A DNA stretch of 29,695 nt from Gemmatimonadota bacterium. GTDB taxonomy: Bacteria > Gemmatimonadota > Gemmatimonadetes > Palauibacterales > KS3-K002. The notes beneath the pieces are model-generated. The model searched no databases. It was not told the origin of the DNA and saw only the letters and a program-made list of their open reading frames with translations. Below are positions 25,775 to 29,695 of the stretch, piece after piece. Numbering within the stretch: position 1 is the stretch's first letter; every line of letters starts with the position of its first letter. The stretch spans positions 1-29,695 of the forward strand of contig JBDHJS010000043.1 of assembly GCA_039586795.1 (NCBI GenBank), read 5' to 3'. Made by a program: the position numbers and the translations under genes.

Positions 25775-26508
25775 TAGTTGATGAAGTACTTGATTCTCAG
25801 TCGAATTATGTGATCGGTAACCTCGAACTTCTCACCGCTCGTCGCCCGGGCCCGCTGCGCGGTGTAGATGAGCTCGAAACGCCAGTTGTATGTATGGCGG
25901 TAGCCGAGACCCAGCCGCAGCCGTAAACGGTCGGCGAACTCCTCCGATAATCCCTCGTCGACGGAGATGAACGGTTCGGCGTCAACGATAGCAAACAACG
26001 TCCGGTCCGCCAACAGTGTGGCTTTGTTCAGCGCGATCAGTCCGCCGAGGCGGGTTCGGAAGCGCCACCAGTCCTCGTTCGCACCGTCCTCGGCAAAGAA
26101 GTACCGATACTCCACGCGAGTGTAGCTGTCCAACCTAAAGCGGCGGGTGGGCCACAAGACTAGGAATCGAACGCCGATGGCCGGGCGTAACTCGAACGTG
26201 TTTGAAGAGCCCGTCAGACTGGTGTAGTCGCCGAATAATTCCGGTGCGAGCTGCATCCAATCGAGAACATCCCAGTTGAATCTCCAGCGGCTGAGGAAGC
26301 GCGTGAAATCGGTGTCGCCCGAGATGTCCGTGCGATAGCCGATCTCGCCCGACAGTCGCGTGATGCGCGAAAACCGATAGGTGCCTCGGAAGTCACCCCA
26401 GAACTGGCCGCTCGTCAGGCTGGTCTCTTCCTGTGCGCGGGCATCGTGCGTGGCGATTGGCATGGTGAGCATGATCGCTAGTAGCCCGAGGTAGCGCGGG
26501 CAGCGCAT
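25774..26508 (-). CDS. DUF2490-like outer-membrane beta-barrel protein (paralog B)
   Basis: Signal peptide from ATG 26508 (ARA-Q); Q.W, FELRP, RVEYRYF, RFRTRLG, RLRLGLGY and a C-terminal YF. Clearly paralogous to 26550-27287. Confidence 0.78.
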   Translation of the reverse strand: MRCPRYLGLLAIMLTMPIATHDARAQEETSLTSGQFWGDFRGTYRFSRITRLSGEIGYRTDISGDTDFTRFLSRWRFNWDVLDWMQLAPELFGDYTSLTGSSNTFELRPAIGVRFLVLWPTRRFRLDSYTRVEYRYFFAEDGANEDWWRFRTRLGGLIALNKATLLADRTLFAIVDAEPFISVDEGLSEEFADRLRLRLGLGYRHTYNWRFELIYTAQRARATSGEKFEVTDHIIRLRIKYFIN

Positions 26509-26549
26509 CGAACGGACACCGTCGAGTGCGGAGGTCACGGCGCTCGGTC

Positions 26550-27287
26550 TCAAGGAATGAAGTAACTCGCTCTGAAGCGAAGCACGTTGTCGACCGTTGT
26601 GAACTCCTCGGTGATCAAATCCCTCGATATTTGGATCTTGTACCAAAAGCTGAAACGCCAGCCGTAGCTCAGCCTGTAGATGAGACCGACCCGGAAGTTC
26701 CAGTCGTTGGCGAACGTCTCGGCCACGGCTTCTCCGATATCGACAAACGCCTCGACGTCTGATGTGAAGGTCAGCGTGCGGTCCGTGCTCAAGCTGCGAT
26801 GATTGACAGCAAAATCGAAACCGAGACGCGATCGGAATCGTCCGCTCGAGTCCGTCGTATCGTCGGAGTACCAGAACCGGCGGTACTCGATGCGCGAGAA
26901 GCTGAATATCCTGAGCCGCGGTTTTGGCGTCCATGGGATCAGAAATCCCACGTAGGGGCGCAGTTCGAACGAGCTCACAGCATCCGTCTGGTCGGTCCAC
27001 GAGAGCAGCACGCCGAAGGGTAGATCGAGCCATACGCTGGCGTTGAAAGTCACCGACGGCCTGAGGTCGAACCTCCTCCAGTCGTGAGGTTCGGTGAGCA
27101 CGGTCCGCGCGCTAGCCAGCACGCGCCCACTCCACTCGTGCGAGAAGTGCTTGCGGACGTCGCCATCTATCCAGAGCTGGAGGTTGGTCGTCGTGCTGTC
27201 TTGCGCGGAAAGCGAGCCGCCGGTAACCGTCAAGGCGACAAGCGCCATGAGGCCGCCTCTCCTCAGAATTCCCCTCCGTTCTGCCAC
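26550..27287 (-). CDS. DUF2490-like outer-membrane beta-barrel protein (paralog A)
   Basis: Signal peptide LSA-Q; QLW, FELRP, RIEYRRF, RFRSRLG, DRTL and a C-terminal YF. Confidence 0.78.
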   Translation of the reverse strand: MAERRGILRRGGLMALVALTVTGGSLSAQDSTTTNLQLWIDGDVRKHFSHEWSGRVLASARTVLTEPHDWRRFDLRPSVTFNASVWLDLPFGVLLSWTDQTDAVSSFELRPYVGFLIPWTPKPRLRIFSFSRIEYRRFWYSDDTTDSSGRFRSRLGFDFAVNHRSLSTDRTLTFTSDVEAFVDIGEAVAETFANDWNFRVGLIYRLSYGWRFSFWYKIQISRDLITEEFTTVDNVLRFRASYFIP

Positions 27288-27344
27288 GCGTCTGCCGCTG
27301 GCCTAACGCAAACTCTACGCAGACGAACCCGACTGACGGCTCGC

Positions 27345-27374
27345 AGCCTAACACTTCAGAGTCTCTAGGGTCAA
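27345..27374 (-). promoter_or_regulatory. sigma70-type promoter for the beta-barrel cluster (TTGACC-N18-TAGGCT, extended TG)
   Basis: Minus strand TTGACC 27374-27369 and TGT-TAGGCT ending at 27345. Confidence 0.5.
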
Positions 27375-27398
27375 GGCAGGACCGACTTGTAAGGGCAC

Positions 27399-27440
27399 AA
27401 AAACGGCCGCGAGCGAGCGGTCGCCCGCCCACCCGCGGCC
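27399..27440 (-). terminator. Rho-independent terminator after pstS
   Basis: Minus strand GGCCGCGGGTGGGCGG-GCGA-CCGCTCGCTCGCGGCC-GTTTTT: 16-bp stem with three G-U pairs, a GNRA loop and a U-tract. Confidence 0.85.
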
Positions 27441-27478
27441 TCAGCCCCCGGCTGTCTGGAGGACGTTAGGGGACTGTT

Positions 27479-28402
27479 CTACTCGAGTTCGGCCAGTACG
27501 GCCTGATAATCCGCGGCGTCGAGTGCCACGTACCCGACCTGCGGAACCAGCAATCCCGCGTTCGTCATGTAGTACTCGACGAAGGCGGCGACCTCGGGCC
27601 GCTCCAGCGCGGTCTGCTTCAGATAGATGAACAGCGGACGCGACAGCGGAGCGTACTCGCCGCTCTGAACCGTCTCCGGAGTCGGAGTTACACAACCGGC
27701 GCCGCCATCAACCCCGACCAGCTTAAGCTTGTCCGTGTTCTCGGCGTAGTAGGCGTAACCGAAGTATCCGAGGGAGTACCTGTCACCCGCGATGCCCTGG
27801 ACCAGCACGTTGTCGTCTTCGCTGGCTGTGAAGTCGGGGCGGCTCGCATGCTCCTCGCCGACGATCGCCTCGGTGAAATAGTCGAAGGTTCCAGAGTCCG
27901 TGCCGGGGCCGTAGAGCTTGATCTCTTCGTCCGGCCACTCGGATCGCACGTCGCGCCAGGTGGTGACCGTGCTGCCCGGCTCCCAGATCCGCTTCAACTC
28001 GGCAACGGTCATGCAGCCGGCGAAGTCGTTCTCCGGGTTGACCATCACCGCCAGGCCATCGTAGGCCACCGTGACCTGGATCGGGTCGATGCCTGCCTCG
28101 GCGCACAGCTCCCGCTCGGTGTCCTTGATCGGACGCGAGGCATCCGAGATGTCGGTTTCGCCGGCACAGAACTTCTTAAAGCCGCCGCCCGTTCCGGAGA
28201 TCCCCACCGTGACGCGTACGCCGCGGTTCTCGATCTGGAACTCTTCCGCCACCGCCTCGGTGACCGGGTAGACCGTACTCGATCCATCGATCCGTACGGC
28301 ACCCGTGAGGCTGGATCCCTGCTCGATTTGACCACGATCGCCGCTGCACGCGGCAACCAACACGGCCAGAGCGACTCCGGCGATTCGATTTGGGTTCATC
28401 AT
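27479..28402 (-). CDS. pstS: Phosphate ABC transporter substrate-binding lipoprotein PstS
   Basis: LVAAC lipobox; [47 protein letters not shown] and [20 protein letters not shown]. Confidence 0.96.
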   Translation of the reverse strand: MMNPNRIAGVALAVLVAACSGDRGQIEQGSSLTGAVRIDGSSTVYPVTEAVAEEFQIENRGVRVTVGISGTGGGFKKFCAGETDISDASRPIKDTERELCAEAGIDPIQVTVAYDGLAVMVNPENDFAGCMTVAELKRIWEPGSTVTTWRDVRSEWPDEEIKLYGPGTDSGTFDYFTEAIVGEEHASRPDFTASEDDNVLVQGIAGDRYSLGYFGYAYYAENTDKLKLVGVDGGAGCVTPTPETVQSGEYAPLSRPLFIYLKQTALERPEVAAFVEYYMTNAGLLVPQVGYVALDAADYQAVLAELE

Positions 28403-28528
28403 TGCTCCTCAGGTTTCACAACACGTCTGGAGTTTCTATTGAACGTGCAGGCTCATCAGGAAACGGCTGCGTGGTAAAACACGTAACCGTCCTGCTTTCA
28501 ATGCGGTCGCTCATAGATGGTTGGCGCG

Positions 28529-28556
28529 TGTCACGTGGCTTCGACGGGTTTGTAAC
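28529..28556 (-). promoter_or_regulatory. Pho-box-like direct repeats upstream of pstS
   Basis: Minus strand GTTACA-N5-GTCGAA-N5-GTGACA with exact 11-bp periodicity, lying between phoR and pstS. Confidence 0.55.
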
Positions 28557-28640
28557 GGATGCGTATCGATCTGCTCTTGAAGCACGATTCCACAGCCGCG
28601 GTGGGGAAAAGGTCTACAGGGAATGTATTCTCGCCTACCC

Positions 28641-29695
28641 TCACGACTCCATCGCCGGGAGCCGCACATGAAAGGCGGTGCCTTCGTTCAGCGTGCTCTC
28701 CGCCCGCACATCACCACCCATCGACTCGACCCAGTGGCGTACGATTGCCAGTCCGAGTCCCGTTCCTCCGGTCTCTCGGGAACGGCTGGGGTCGATGCGA
28801 TAAAAGCGCTCGAATATGCGCTCGAGCTGTGCGACAGGGATACCGCGACCGTCATCTTCTATGGAGAGGTTGACCCGATTCGAATCTGCCTTGGATGCAC
28901 GCACCGTGATCTGGCTTGCCGATGAATGTCGGATCGCGTTGTCGATGAGGTTTTCGAGTACCTGGCGCACACCCTCGGGGTCGGCGAGGGCCCGGAGCTC
29001 GGGTGGCTCGCACTCCAGGACGAGCTCGATCCCGGCGTCAGCGGCCCGCAGGGCGAGGTCGCTGCTGATGCTCTCTGCCAAAGCTGATAGTCGGACAGGC
29101 ACGCGCTCGATCCAGCGGTCGGGCTCTTCCAGGCGCGCCAGAGTCAACATGTCTTCGACGAGCGCGGCCATTCTCTCGGAATGATCGACGATTCGGGCCG
29201 CGAAGCTCTGCCGATCGCTTTCCGGGATACCATCGTCAAGGAGCGTTTCCGCGTAACCGCGTATCGTGGTCAACGGGGTTTTGAGCTCGTGCGAAGCGTT
29301 GGAGACGAACTCGGTGCGCACGGCGTCGAGGCGTCGCAGTTCGGTAACATCCGAAAAGACAGCGACGATACCGTCGGTGGGCAGCGGCCGCGCCGTCACC
29401 AACATATTTCGGCCAAACACCTCGAACTCGCCGTTCGCGCCATCCGCAGGTAGCGCGGTTGGGGCCAGAAAGCGCACGAGATCGGGGTTGCGGAAGATCG
29501 ACGACATGGCGCGTCCCTCGATGGGGTCCGCCGACCCGACCACGGCACGCAGTTCAGCGTTCGCCCGCACCACGCTGCCGTTCGAGTCCAGCGCCAGCAC
29601 ACCGTCGGCCATCTCGCTCAGCAGGACTTCGGTCTCGGCTTGCTCTGCACCGAGTTGCCGAACTCGCGAGCGGTGGCTCTCAGCAAGTCGGTTGA
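28641..29695 (-). CDS. phoR: PhoR-like sensor histidine kinase (PAS-HisKA-HATPase), 5' truncated by the window
   Basis: DVTELRRLD.VR.EFVSNASHELKTPLT, NLIDNAIR, DDGRGI, IFERFYR and GGTGLGLAIV. The frame stays open to the window edge and the gene is adjacent to pstS. Confidence 0.9.
   Translation of the reverse strand, partial: NRLAESHRSRVRQLGAEQAETEVLLSEMADGVLALDSNGSVVRANAELRAVVGSADPIEGRAMSSIFRNPDLVRFLAPTALPADGANGEFEVFGRNMLVTARPLPTDGIVAVFSDVTELRRLDAVRTEFVSNASHELKTPLTTIRGYAETLLDDGIPESDRQSFAARIVDHSERMAALVEDMLTLARLEEPDRWIERVPVRLSALAESISSDLALRAADAGIELVLECEPPELRALADPEGVRQVLENLIDNAIRHSSASQITVRASKADSNRVNLSIEDDGRGIPVAQLERIFERFYRIDPSRSRETGGTGLGLAIVRHWVESMGGDVRAESTLNEGTAFHVRLPAMES

Noticed and set aside
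26509..27033. 419-aa version of the DUF2490-like paralog B (possible frameshift fusion)
   Set aside because: The extension overlaps paralog A in another frame. Each paralog has its own signal peptide and C-terminal beta-signal, so two separate genes fit better.

Overview
GC-rich bacterial chromosomal window; gene content and protein style suggest Gemmatimonadota, which is an inference and was not searched. Left part (mostly minus strand): secreted or periplasmic peptide-handling genes (M28 peptidase, TAT-exported class V PLP enzyme, tricorn-like S41 protease coupled to a PQQ/sorbosone-type dehydrogenase), DUF4019, OsmC, and three tandem paralogous PspB-like single-pass coiled-coil proteins behind an ECF-sigma-type promoter. 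Middle: a PutP-like symporter with an unlisted 32-aa membrane smORF, a kefG-like pseudogene, then rnz-aroA-cmk-rpsA and LpoA/LppC-like lipoprotein-pccB-accC-rlmD. Right: three outer-membrane beta-barrels (DUF481 plus two DUF2490-like), a stand-alone pstS with Pho-box-like repeats, and a partial phoR. Four intergenic regions carry hairpins built from 7-bp repeats; two of them (about 4150-4460 and 18270-18500) are copies of one dispersed palindromic element. I recognised no tRNA, rRNA, CRISPR array or transposase. Best candidates for something new: the ECF promoter plus PspB-like triad (possible envelope-stress module) and the heptamer-hairpin repeat family.
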